From: Octopus vulgaris
Lineage: Eukaryota
Assembly (NCBI GenBank): GCA_951406725.2
Contig: OX597821.1
Location: 39,680,001-39,744,000, forward strand
DNA: 64,000 nucleotides
Direction of reading: 5' to 3'
Shown: one piece after another, positions 1 through 11,446 of the stretch
Numbering within the stretch: the stretch's first letter is position 1
How the letters are laid out: each line of letters begins with the position of its first letter
The notes under the pieces: model-generated
What the model was told of the DNA's origin: nothing
The model's input: only the letters and a program-made list of their open reading frames with translations
Databases searched by the model: none
Translations under genes and position numbers: made by a program

Positions 1-262
1 TCAGCAGCTTTCAAGTCATAGAGAGCGACCAAAACAGACCAATTGTCTGTTTTGGAATGCTTTCTGTGACTGGATCTCTTTCCTAGTAGCAACCCTGCAT
101 GGAGAAAATCCAAAGAGAATTCTTGCAATATTTGAAGGCAAACGACAAAGTGACATAATTACTACAAGACATTTCATCTAACACTCTACTGTTCATGCAA
201 ATCTATTACACTAGTTACAAACATAAGAATGGCAATTGAAGTTATCACAATAATAAAGGTTT

Positions 263-320
263 TGATTTAGGGAGGGGTTTAGTTTATACCCTGATTTAGA
301 GAGGGGCTCAGTTTATACCC
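263..320. repeat. 29-bp tandem duplication (2 copies)
   Basis: tgatttagggaggggtttagtttataccc followed directly by tgatttagagaggggctcagtttataccc. Confidence 0.8.
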
Positions 321-334
321 TGTGTCTCAGCTCT

Positions 335-485
335 TCCCTGATACTTATTTTACTGATGCCAGAAGGTGAAAGGCAATAAAGAAAAGACTGACTTTGCCAG
401 GATTTGAACTGAGAACATAAAACACCAGGAAGAAATGCCACTATGAATTTTTCTTCAATGTGCTCATGATTCTGCCAGCTTGCCT
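335..485 (-). mobile_element. SINE family A (tRNA-derived, Nin-domain-like), degenerate
   Basis: Reverse complement resembles the family-A copies at 32639-33058 (gctggcagaatc...ttctcagttcaaat...gcctttca...aaaataagt). Confidence 0.7.
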
Positions 486-501
486 TATCATTATTATTAT
501 T

Positions 502-987
502 GCCCTGGCACAGCTTCTGATGCTGGAGATGTATTACCAGTGAACTAAGGTAACACCTCTTATTTTGCGAGCATCATCCAGAGTGTTTGAGTGGCTCCAA
601 GCAGTACGGTTTTCTGCAAGTGCTCCACCCTTATTGCAGCCCCTATTTGTTCCATGTACTTCTCAAGATTTTTACTCACTATTCCCAGGGCTCCAACGAC
701 TATTGGTACTACTACCACCTTTTTCATCGACCACAACTGCTTAACCTCCAAAGCTAACCTGTCATATTTATTGACTTTTCTTTCTTCTTTATCGCATACC
801 TTGTGATCAGCTGGGTAAACTATATCTATGATCCAGCATAGTTTGTTTTCTTTCTCAATTAAGACTATGTCTGGCTTCTTATTCTCTATCTTATGGTCAC
901 ACAGATCTTTGCATTATTATTTTCGATGATGCCTTTGGGTTTGTGGTTGTACCAATTTTTTGCTCTGTCAAGTCCATACTTGTTGCA
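502..987 (-). mobile_element. 5'-truncated R4/Dong-type non-LTR retrotransposon (restriction-like endonuclease C-terminus + 3' UTR)
   Basis: Minus strand reads CNKYGLDRAKNWYNHKPKGIIEN...PDIVLIEKENKLCWIIDI...VVVVPIVVGALG...LQKTVLLG (PD..D endonuclease motif). (TTA)n flanks both sides on the + strand. Confidence 0.85.
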
Positions 988-1006
988 ATATTATTATTAT
1001 TATTAT

Positions 1007-1560
1007 ACGTTTGACTTTTGCTTTGTATTTGTACAAGCTGGCTCCAAGTCTCAGCCAGAGACCTCAAGAGACAAGTTAAAAGTTCATGTTGGTGTTATGC
1101 CTAGGGTGTCATATATTTGGTTTTGCACGTAGTATTGTTCAAGAGACTGTTTAAGAAAACATAAGAAAATTATGTGTTTGTTTTAAAATTTGAGATTACA
1201 TAGAAAGTATTTTGTGTAGGATATGGGCAGTTCCCATGAGCACTATCTTTTGGATTTCCATTTGGGGCTTTCCTGGTATCTGAGCTAGGTAGCAATCAAC
1301 CCCTATTGCTATCATTTCTAGGGCACCTATGACAACAGGCATTGTTTTAGTCTTCAGGTTCCACATTTTGCTAATTTCTATTTCAAGATGTTTATACTTG
1401 CTCAGTTTTTGGCAGGTCTTGACAGATACGTCTATATCGATTGGGACAGTCATATCAATGAGGAGGCATGATTTTTGTCTGAAGATTTTCAATATAATGT
1501 CTGGCCTATTCGCATCTATCTTTCTGTTAGTTTGAATGGTGAAGTTCCAGAGGAGTAAGA
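1007..1560 (-). mobile_element. Second, different R4/Dong-type retrotransposon 3' fragment
   Basis: Minus strand reads LLWNFTIQTNRKIDANRPDIILK...CLLIDMTVP...KLSKYKHLEIEISKMW...PVVIGALE...QKIVLMGTAHILHKILSM* (ORF 1196..1492), then a 3' UTR ending in (TAA)n at 988-1006. Confidence 0.9.
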
Positions 1561-1561
1561 T

Positions 1562-1680
1562 CTTTAGGGTTTGATAAATTAAGCACTATTTGAGCACTGG
1601 AATCGCTGTAATCGACTTACTCCTTCCCCAAAATTTCAGATCTTATGCCTATAGTAGTAGGGATTATTATTATTATTATT
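1562..1680 (+). mobile_element. SINE family A, 3' half with (TTA)n tail
   Basis: gggtttgataaattaagcac...gtaatcgacttactccttccccaaaatttcag...gattattatt matches the 3' part of family A. Confidence 0.7.
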
Positions 1681-1683
1681 ATA

Positions 1684-1828
1684 AAGTTAGTGGTTTTGAG
1701 AAGAGTACTGTCAATGTATCTGGAATGAGAAAGGTGCGAGGATCCATTGTTGTTAGTTATGACCAGCTCCCGATCAAAAGATATCAACATATAATCAGTC
1801 TGAGAACTGTGATGATAATAATAATAAT
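1684..1828 (+). mobile_element. Probable third Dong-type 3' end (last codons + 3' UTR + (TAA)n tail)
   Basis: Reads VLRRVLSMYLE*, comparable to ILHKILSM* of the neighbouring element, then about 100 bp and a gataataataataat tail. Confidence 0.5.
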
Positions 1829-1829
1829 G

Positions 1830-2040
1830 ATTTCAAATTGTGGCACAAGGCCAGCAATTTCAGGGAAGAGTATAAGTCAATATCATCAACCCCAGTTCAC
1901 AGCTGGTACTTATTTTAGCAACTGTAAAAGAATGAATGCCAAAGTCAACCTCGACAGCATTTGAACTCAGAACATAAAGTTGGAAAAAATGTCTATAAGT
2001 AGTTTTTCCAGTGCGGTAACATTTCTGCCAGCTTGCTGTC
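1830..2040 (-). mobile_element. SINE family A
   Basis: ttcaaattgtggcacaaggccagc...tttgaactcagaac...ttctgccagcttgc is the reverse complement of family A. Confidence 0.8.
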
Positions 2041-2454
2041 TTCATGATAATAATGACGATGACGATGATGATGATGATGATGAGGATGATAGGTACTTAA
2101 TAGAAAGTAGAGTAATCTACTATGTCACAACAGCATAAAATTTTTAAGAAGCAATCTGGTATTTTGAGTGAGCAACAGTACCAGTTCATGGTTGGTTTCG
2201 CTACTAATTGGTTGAAGGGTAAATATTGATGAGATTAAACTCTGATTGTAGATTAATGGAGTGAAACATTAAAAAGTATTTACTTTATCATTCTGCTATT
2301 TCTGCCAAATTTCTGCCCTTGAATGTCCAGATAATGTATTAGAAATGTTTATTGTTGTTGGCACCGTCAGATGATTTATTATCAATTACATACAACTTAC
2401 ATAGTTTCTATTAACAATAAGAGACATGCTTAGCCTATTGTTCTTGACTAATTG

Positions 2455-2519
2455 TTTATATGTTATATATATATGTATGTATGTATACATACATGTGCAT
2501 ATATGTGTATGTGTCTATA

Positions 2520-2552
<33 letters not shown>

Positions 2553-2771
2553 ACATGCATACATGCACATATATGTGTATGTGTATATATATACAATGTA
2601 TTTATGTATACATACATGTGCATATATGTGTATATTTTATATATATATATATATATACACATATGCATATGAATATATATGTACACACACGCACACATAT
2701 ATATATATATGTGTGTTTGTATATATGTATATATATATGTGTATATATATATATATATGTGTATATATATA

Positions 2772-2810
<39 letters not shown>
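2455..2810. repeat. Compound (TA)n/(TG)n/(TATG)n microsatellite
   Basis: Directly visible low-complexity tract; it is the source of the spurious Y/I/C/V-rich ORFs. Confidence 0.95.
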
Positions 2811-2813
<3 letters not shown>

Positions 2814-3161
2814 TTTTTTAGTGTTTCATTACTTAAAATAAATCTTCTCAATTTTATAGAAATCACTTACTTTGAAGAGACAACCATATTTCTGCTAATT
2901 AATTTATTGCAGTAAAAAGAACATCATTAAAAGTTAGAGCTACCAATGGCCTACTTGATTAATAGCAAACGTAATTACCACAGCAATCAATAGCAAGCCA
3001 TTTGAGATATGTCTTGACTAATAAAACTAATGGTTATATCCTTCTGTTATCCAGTAAACATAATTTCACTGCAGAATTGCAGAATGGCTAAAACATTTGC
3101 CCCCTTACACTGCACCCCGGCAGGCTTGAATGTTAATTATTTATTGTGAGGTTATATGACA

Positions 3162-3523
3162 CTAGCAGTATCGGCTGCCATTGCTCGAGTTTGTTTTGAC
3201 CCTTTAGAATTGGAATTTTTGAAAAGTAAAAGTTTTGCATTATGTAGCTTGCTATTCTCTTTAAGTGAACATTTTTCTGGTTGAAATACACCGAAAAATT
3301 GTAAAAGATAGGGATTTTCATAGAAAAAAAGCACCTTTTTGATGTAAATAATTTTTGGTGTTAACATGGTCCGATTTGAATTTTTTTCTTCTACGGAAGG
3401 AAGAGCAAGCCTTCTTCTATCATATTCTCAAACTTGCGCTGCAGGGTCTCAAAGGAGATAGTGTTAGTTGAAGGCTACCAAACCTGCCGTACACAGAAAA
3501 CTTCAGCTTTATATATAGAGAGA
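3162..3523 (-). mobile_element. Non-autonomous Helitron-like element
   Basis: Minus strand begins TCTCTCTATATATAAAG and ends ...GATACTGCTAG. It sits between A and T with no TSD and has a decayed GC-rich subterminal hairpin just before CTAG. Confidence 0.7.
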
Positions 3524-4947
3524 TTAACAAATGCAGCAAAGCTATATTTAGGGCTGACTCATAAAATATTGACTCTTTTTATACTTAACTGTAGTCTTAA
3601 TGATTGAACTAAAAGTACTCTTCACACTGCATGTGAACCTACGAGGCACAGTCGTGATGTTAGGTTACTTGGAGACAGATCACAGTCCATAAGTTGAAAC
3701 TATACCGTGATCATCATGAAATATTTATTTTCATAAACACTTGCCACCATAAAAGTAACCTCATTATATCTATCAAAGACCCTCAACTCTAAAGATCAGT
3801 TCTAGAGAGCATATATCCTACTCATTTCTATGGGCAAACAATATTTCAGCCCTTTTAGCCTTTAGCTCCTTACAATGCTTATTTATGTATATTTTATCTC
3901 TGAGCAAACAATTGACTCCTGACATGGTTTATAAGTATGTATGCCATGATACTGAATTTTGTTTACATATCTTGAATAATTCAGTTTTTAAACAAGCGTA
4001 GCTTATTCTATCTTCAGAATATAACCACACACATCAATAATAATCAGTTATATATTTTAAAGAACCATTCAGTTTTTGGCCACCCATTATGCTATATGCA
4101 GCCTTGCTCTACTTTACCTGTGTCTTGTCTAAAGTAATTTGCTCATCACAGTCCACTAAGTCCAATCAGAATTTCTGCAGCATCTCATTACATTTCCTAA
4201 TCAGTTTCACAATACCAATCCACTGGTATCTCAGCATGCTTGTGCTGCAGATTACTTGCAGTCTTTCATTTTTTTTTCATTCTAAGAATCACTAATCTTT
4301 GAAGTTTCTGTTCATCTCAAGACTTTCTAAATTATTCTAGCTTCTAACAGTTTAGGTTATTCTCTTCCACCTCTCTATTCTGGTCTCTTTCTCTCTCCCC
4401 ATCTCTCTCATCAATGGTAAAAACAGTTTGTTTGAGACAACCTAACAGTGGACCATAAAACTAAATTTTAGATGTCAAAAGCATAAAAGATCTCTAAATG
4501 AGAAACAATAAACTTCCATAAGAAGCAGAAATGAGTTTGGAAAAAAGATGAAGTTCACCAATTCCGATTTGTCCAATAAAACAGTGATCTTATTAATGGC
4601 TAGATATCAGGATTTCTGAATCCTGCCAGAATGAATATGCTCTGCTTTCAACACCAACAAAACTTATTCATACAGAATTGACATAAACTTTAGATTATGT
4701 TGCTCACCAAAGAACATCAGAACTAGAATTGATTCTATGTAAAGCTGACAAGAAATATTTTCTAATACAGATTTAAAGAAAACCTTTTTCAGATATCATA
4801 CTTCAAAGTAGATTGTTATTGAAAAATATCATAAGTTATTTTGTTATCTTTCAGTCGGAAGATAACATTCACCACCAGAGATCATTGCGCTAATTTTGTA
4901 TTCAAGAAAGGTTTTTCTCGCAAACTTCTTGAAACGTTTACCTCATA

Positions 4948-5265
4948 GGAGCAGACATGGCCATGTGGTAAGAAGCTTGCTTCACAACCACATGGTTCCA
5001 GGTTCAGTCTCATTGCTTAGCACCTAGGTCTATTGTCTTCTACTATAGCCTCAGGCTAACCAAAGCCTTCTGAGTGGATTTGATATATAGAAACTGAAAG
5101 AAGCCCCTTCATATGTGTGTATGTTTGTCCCCTGCCATCACTTGACAAACGGTGTTGGTGTGTTTATGTTCCCATAACTTAAGAGCTCATCAAAAGAGAA
5201 TGATAGAATAAGTTCCAGGCTTAAAAGAAGTACTGGGTTGATTCAGTCAACTAAATAATTCTTCA
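4948..5265 (+). mobile_element. SINE family B (tRNA-derived, CORE-like, internal microsatellite)
   Basis: tggccatgtggtaagaagcttgc (A-box-like), ggttcagtc (B-box-like), gaaactgaaagaagccc, gatagaataag; matches the copies at 27564 and 39875. Confidence 0.8.
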
Positions 5266-5346
5266 CACACGCACACATACACAGATATCAATTCTCACAG
5301 TATGGCCACAGTCTAATGACTGAAATAAGTACAAGAGAAAAGAGAG

Positions 5347-5780
5347 GTGTCGGTTGTGTGTTTAAGAAGGTCACACTTTGCAATGGAATGGCTTTGGGGT
5401 TCAACCCCACTGCATGGCACCTTGGGCAAGTATCTTCTAGCCCAAAGCCAATCAATTCTTGAGACTGTATTTGGTGATGGAAACTGTATGGATGATTTTC
5501 ATATACTTGTGTGTGTGTGCATGTGTGTTTGTGTTTGTGTGCATGTGGGTGCATGAGTGTGTGTGCTCTTATTTGTATCCCAACTAATCCCCACTGCTTG
5601 ACAATCGATGTTGGAGTGTTTACATCCCCATAACTTAGCGGTTCAGTAAGAGAGACTAACAGATTAAGAGCCAGTATTTAAAATGTAAATACTGGAGTCC
5701 ATTTGCTGAGTCAAAATCCTTCAAGATGATGCCCCAACATACCAGAGTCCAAAGACTGGAACAAGTAACGGATAAAAGAT
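5347..5780 (+). mobile_element. SINE family B, degenerate
   Basis: gggttcaaccccactgcatggcaccttgggcaag...gcttgacaatcgatgttgg...aacttagcggttc...acaagtaa. Confidence 0.75.
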
Positions 5781-5906
5781 ACTTTTAGACATTATTCTCA
5801 TACCTTCACACATTATATGTGTAATTAATTAATTAATTAATTAACATACTGCTAGTTATTTACAGTTTATCAGCTGTTTAATATTTTATAAATTATTAAA
5901 ACAGCT

Positions 5907-5987
5907 GTTGATGTGTTGGATTTTAAATAAAGCGTTGATGTGTTGGATTTTAAATAAAGCGTTGATGTGTTGGATTTTAAATAAAGC
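5907..5987. repeat. Perfect 27-bp tandem repeat x3
   Basis: gttgatgtgttggattttaaataaagc at 5907, 5934 and 5961. Confidence 0.95.
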
Positions 5988-6279
5988 AAGTAATATATTT
6001 TTCAGATCTCTTGTCTATGCACACAAGTATATAAACCAATGAGGTAGCCTGTGTATGGTTCTTTTACATGCTAGATATAGCAGCCATATTTTCTTCAAAT
6101 CACACCCTATTTTCTTAAAATTTGTCCTTTAACTCACTTGTTAACTGAGAGTTGTTACTCCTATATCACAACAAAACTGTCTGTCATTAAAGTTGAATCT
6201 AGTTATCAAAACACTAGGCAGATATTCAAAGTTGTGTAAACCATTTCACCTGAACACTAAAAAAGTGTGCATTAGTTCA

Positions 6280-6351
6280 CATATATATATTTGTGTGTGT
6301 GAGAGTGTACATATATATCTATGTATGTATGTAAGCATACATATGTGGATG

Positions 6352-6408
<57 letters not shown>

Positions 6409-6445
6409 GTATGTATGAATGTATGTGTGTATGCATCTATATGTC
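6280..6445. repeat. (TA)n/(TG)n microsatellite
   Basis: Directly visible. Confidence 0.9.
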
Positions 6446-7306
6446 ACTCTGTGTATTTTTATAACCAACAATTTATTCCACAGAAACTAAGCAACAAACA
6501 CTTTCTCCACTTTTATTGAATATCGTTAGAATTAATTTCATAATTTTCAGCACATTTAGTTACATCATATTTACATAAAAAATAAATATTCACAGGAAAA
6601 CAATACAAAAAAAATAATAAAGTCAACAATATTTATTTTTCCTGGCAGCATTTTATTTTTTAGAATTTTCCACAGCCATAATGCATTATTCTCAATGGTC
6701 TTTTCTGAAATATTTAATCGTGCAAAAAAGGAAACACAATAATTGTAAACTGCCCTGAAGAAGGGTTTCTGTGACAATGTGTGAAATTTTCACAAATTAA
6801 ATTCTTCATCTCAACAATTCTTTCATTGAAGCAGTTTTAGGATTTTTTAATTTACAGTATTTTGTTTTCATGTTGTAACGGAGTGGGAAGTAGGAGCACT
6901 CCAATTAATATTTCATTGATATTCAGATAACATTCCACATACTGAATACAAGTGCACTGCAAATTAATTTCACAAAACAAAGCAATAAATATCAAAAGCA
7001 ATATGCTACTAAATGTCTGAAAATACAACATCAAATTATTGGGAAAACATGTTGAGATGTGGTGAAAAGAAACAAAAAAAAAAAGCCAACAAGCCAACGA
7101 TTGATCAAAATGGAATGGAATGCTTGAGAATTCTTCCTTTGACAGTTGTCTTTATTTGATTTTTCATGATCAGAGGTATCTATTGATATTTTGTTGCTGT
7201 TGGGATGTAGTCCTAGTTCAGCTCTGATCAAACAGACTCATAGCTAAAAGCAATCCAAATCTGACCATGCTGTCATTTTCTAAGTTCAAGATTACGATAT
7301 CGAATG

Positions 7307-7656
7307 CAATGGTTTTTCAACCATTTTTTGCCTATGGGCTCCTTTGATTGCTATTTCATAGCCATTCTATGTTTAAAAGACTCAAGATTCCTATCTTTTT
7401 CACTCGCTCACCTGTGTGGGTTTGAAAGAGCCTCACTGAGAGAATCTGTTTCAGTGGCCAGAAAAACATGGTGAATTATGTAAAACATTAGAGAAACGAA
7501 CCTGTTTCTTGTGATATATAAATACGTCTTGTACGAAATGTTTTTGTGGGCCCTTAAAATACTATTGTGATATCTATTTTGCTGTTTTGCTTGCATGGAC
7601 TCCAAAATTCTGATATGGACCCCTAAGGTCATATGAACCCTAGTTGAGAATCACTG
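7307..7656. mobile_element. hAT (Charlie-like) MITE
   Basis: Termini caatggtttttcaac / gttgagaatcactg (CAGTGGTTCTCAAC type). Flanking 8-mers atcgaatg / atctaata match at 6/8, consistent with a decayed 8-bp TSD. It interrupts a family-E repeat. Confidence 0.7.
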
Positions 7657-8279
7657 ATCTAATATCTCCTTTTTTAAGTGATTTGAGGGGCATTACTTCC
7701 TGAAGGCTTAGTGATAACACAGATGGGTTGGGATCTATTTTCACTTCTGGTCATGGAGTTGAAGTCAAGGCTAGAAACTATCACCGTTGACTTTTACTCT
7801 TACAAAAATGTTGCTGTATTTATATAAAATGGAGTGAAGAAAATGAAACTAGTTTTTGCCAAATATATTTGATGTTCCTGTATACCAAGTCTCATGTATT
7901 ACAAGATTTTATTTACAGTGATGCTAAGAGTCTTTCACTTTACTTACAGGTTAATTACAAACCAGAGAGAAATTCTCTATGCTGTAGCTTGACCTGCTAG
8001 AAATATCACCCCAATCTCCCTAAAGTCAAACACTGCTATCTTAGAAAAGAAACAATATGTTGATGATGTGGTCCTAATTAATAAAGCAAAAACAAAAGAG
8101 AGCCAATGGTCAGTTACAAATGTGTACAACTTGGTGACATGTACCAAGCTTTTACTTCCCATCTTTGGTGTCCATGTAGCCAAGGGCAGACAAACGATCT
8201 CTTGACTCTCTCATTATTGAATCAGTGTTAAATCCAGGATACAACAAATAAAGGGTGAGACAACTTCACCAGCATTAGG

Positions 8280-8425
8280 CTCGTGTCTGTTTGTAGCTGA
8301 GTAGATTGAAGCAACATGAAATGAAGTGTCTTGCTCAAGGTGACAATACAGTGCCCAGTCCAGGGATTGAATCCATGACATTATGTTTGTGAGCTGAACA
8401 CCCTAACCATTAGGCTATGTGCCTG
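8280..8425 (-). mobile_element. SINE family D-like, degenerate 5' part
   Basis: gcaacatgaaatgaagtgtcttgctcaagg...gattgaatcc...ctaaccattaggctatgtgcct is the reverse complement of the head of the 16859 copy. Confidence 0.7.
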
Positions 8426-8857
8426 CAATGTCTAAATAAATGACAGGGTGATTATCGTCAAAATACCTTTTGATCATAGGTCTGCTTAATTGGGACTGGT
8501 ATGGACTAAACAACAACTAATTAATTACAACAGAATATTCTAGGAAAAGAAAATTTAATTTATTTTTAATTACAAAAAACTAAGACATCAAAGATTTATT
8601 TGAAAGAAATCTAACTTTTTCAATTTAGGTTTTATTTTCAGAATGTTTCCATTTTCAGTGTCTGTTGCAAAGTACTTTCATCTTATCTTTTGGTACTGGC
8701 ATGTCTTTAGGTAGATATTACCAATTCCTGATGGCTGTGTGAACAACAGACAGTTAGTCTCTGTGGTTAGTTGCGTTAATCACAACGTTTTAGAAATATC
8801 ATTGTTAAATAATTGTTAAACAGTAGGTTTATATATTGTTATTATATTAAGTTGTAC

Positions 8858-9270
8858 CAGGTGTGGCTGGGTGGTTTAGCAGTTTGCTCCCCTACAACAT
8901 GGTTTTGGGTTCAGTCTCACTATGTTGCATCTTGCGCCAACTGTCTTCCACTATAACCCCCAGGCCAATCAAAGTCTTCTCAGTGGAGTCGGTAGAAACC
9001 AAAAGAAGCCTATCATATATATAGATATGTGGGTTGTGTGTGTCTCCTGGTTTTGACATTACATCATTGTTTTAAATGAGTGTCACCATCATACAAACAA
9101 TGTAATTCATTTCCAATATCCTGTAAGAACATGTCACTCACCATGGAGAAATACTATCTTACTTGGAAACAGATAAGAGTTGGTGAGAGGCAAGGCTTCC
9201 TGTCTTAGAAAATCTGCCTCAATTAACTCTATCTGACCCTTGCAAACGTGGAAAAGTAGACATTAAAACA
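8858..9270 (+). mobile_element. SINE with family-B head and RTE (family C)-like 3' tail
   Basis: Head ggtgtggctgggtgg...gggttcagtc; tail gttggtgagaggcaaggc...agaaaatctgcc...ggaaaagtagacattaaa followed by (GAT/GGT)n. Confidence 0.6.
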
Positions 9271-9339
9271 ACAGCCACAACAATGATGATGGTGGTGGTG
9301 GTGGTGGTGGTGGTGTCGGTGGTGGTGATGATGATGATG

Positions 9340-10445
9340 TGCCATGTTAATGAGTATCGATAATGGAGTATAAATATGTTGAGAGAAAATCTAGATGTAA
9401 GTTGAATCAGATGTAGTGTACCAGACAGAAGAGTGTATTGAAATGGACAAGAGATGAATATGGAAAATGACAACTGAATAAAGAAGTGCCAAAAGATCCA
9501 AGTGGAAAGAACTTGCCAAAGAGGAATACTAGCGGAAAAATGAGGAAATAAGGTTCAAGTTTGATTGCAGAAGGTTGAGTCTTATAAAAAAGACGATAAA
9601 GAATTGTAACAAAAACTAAGTTGATGTTTGGGAGAAGACTGATATAGCAACTTTTCTCTTGTTAAGCATAGGTCATCAATCACTCTCTCCTTTTCTCAGT
9701 TGACACTGGTCAATGTTTCTGGTGTGATTGAGGATAGTAGTGGACCTCTTCTATTTGCCATACATTGCTTCCTATTAGAGTAACTAAGGATGCCATTACA
9801 CCTATTCTACCTTTTCTCCATTACTCCTTTCTGCCACTTAGTTTCCATTCCTTTGCCACTACTCTTCTGACTTGACCCTCCACCCCTGCCCATCTCATCC
9901 CCAGTGTGTGTGTGGGGGGGGGGGGTGCGCTGCAGTGGACCACTTGTACACAGTTCACTCTACCTTTGCCTTCTCCTCTTGTACTGTCTGTCATCACCCT
10001 GTCTCACTTTGTCTACCAGATTCTTATATTTCATTTCTGTCACTGTCATCATTCTAATCTCTGAGTCCCATAGACTTCCGTTGCCTCCCTGCCATCTCAG
10101 TCTTTGTTCTTGTACAGACAAACCTAACTCAGAATACTGAGTCCTCTTATTACTTCTTTCACTGTCACTCATCCCTCTCATAACTATCACTTGTGCTTCT
10201 CACTTTGAAAAGAGGAGAGATGCTTGAGCAGAGACATGCAGTCATGAGGCCCTTTTAACTATGTTGAAGACATGACAACCTCTCAGTGCCGTTGTCATGG
10301 AAAACATACCCAGTCCCCTCTGTAAAGTGTAAGACTATGAGGACCCCTCTCTAATGTTGGTACTACGAAAGAATACCCACTACTCTCTAAAAAAATGGTT
10401 GATTTAAGAAGGACATCTAACCATAAAAACTAAGCCAAAAATGAA
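9340..10445 (+). mobile_element. Degenerate RTE-clade LINE 3' end (ORF C-terminus, pyrimidine-rich 3' UTR, family-C tail)
   Basis: 9410-9600 resembles the CVQERRLRWYGH..MDED..KKCQ segment encoded at 54340-54603. It is followed by a C/T-rich body and acccagtcccctctgtaaagtg...aagaaggacatct. Confidence 0.55.
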
Positions 10446-11234
10446 ATATGGGCAAAATGAGAACCCTTGATTTATCTAGATGAGCAGCTGCAGTCTCTTT
10501 GAATATGTACTGACTCTGACAATGGTAACTTATCCAACTCAGATCAGGATGGAAGTGGTTGTAAAATGATGAAGTGGTGACATTCCTTATTAGAATATGA
10601 TACAAGTTGCAAGAGAGATGTTTTGTTAATATCAAAGTTGTATCAAAGAATTCATTTTAACTCTTTGCTAGCAATGTTCTATGATTCGGAAATCATTTCT
10701 AGAAATGCAAATATGAATTTCATTTTTTCATTCACAATTCTTTATTTCACAAAATCTTTCAGTGTTTCATATGGTCACAACAAAATCAATTGCAAAGCCC
10801 TATTGACAAAATTAATGAAAAAAATACCCACCTACATCAAATGTGTAATGAAATACATTTTATAAATTTGTAGACATTGCGAATCCATCATTGCAGGTAA
10901 AGAAAAATAATCCACTGTGTTGACAAAGAAAAAAGTTCATTATTAAAGGGAAAAAAAGCAAAAAGAAAGGAATATATTTATTTTTCAACTGTTATTTTGA
11001 ATTCTATTCAGATGGAATATTTTAATAATATGTAAACTGCATTTGAATAGCTGCCATAGATTAGAATGCAGCTATGTAAACAGAGAAAAACTATTTCAAT
11101 AAAAAAGAAAAGCAAAAACCTGAAAACAAATATGTTGTTTAGATAAAAACAAAAACAAAAAACAGGAAATAAAATTATAGGAAATTTTACTGTAAATAAT
11201 ATTTGACAATAATGTTATTTTTTTTTATTAATAT

Positions 11235-11353
11235 TGGTTTTGTTGTTAGTGCTGCTATTGTTGCTGTTATTGTTATTTGTATTGTTAATATCATATCATT
11301 ACTATAACAATCACCATTTTAGTTTTTACTGTTGTAATTATTATTATTACCAT

Positions 11354-11408
<55 letters not shown>

Positions 11409-11446
11409 CATTATTATTGTTATTATTATTAGTATTATTATTATTC
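11235..11446. repeat. (TTA)n/(TTG)n trinucleotide microsatellite
   Basis: Directly visible; gives the poly-Leu pseudo-ORF. Confidence 0.95.

Noticed and set aside
29-55. Perfect 11-bp hairpin ccaaaacagac/gtctgttttgg as a terminator or ncRNA
   Set aside because: Eukaryotic context, and it adjoins a decayed repeat-tail-like sequence at the window edge; there is no other support
2426-2915. Overlapping 60-136 aa ORFs rich in Y/I/C/V/H/T (also at 19162-19836, 41428-41707, 59822-60094)
   Set aside because: Stop-free translations of (TA)n/(TG)n microsatellites, not genes
4420-4945. Repeat-free stretch that looked like decayed transposase coding sequence
   Set aside because: I could not recover a convincing motif in any frame
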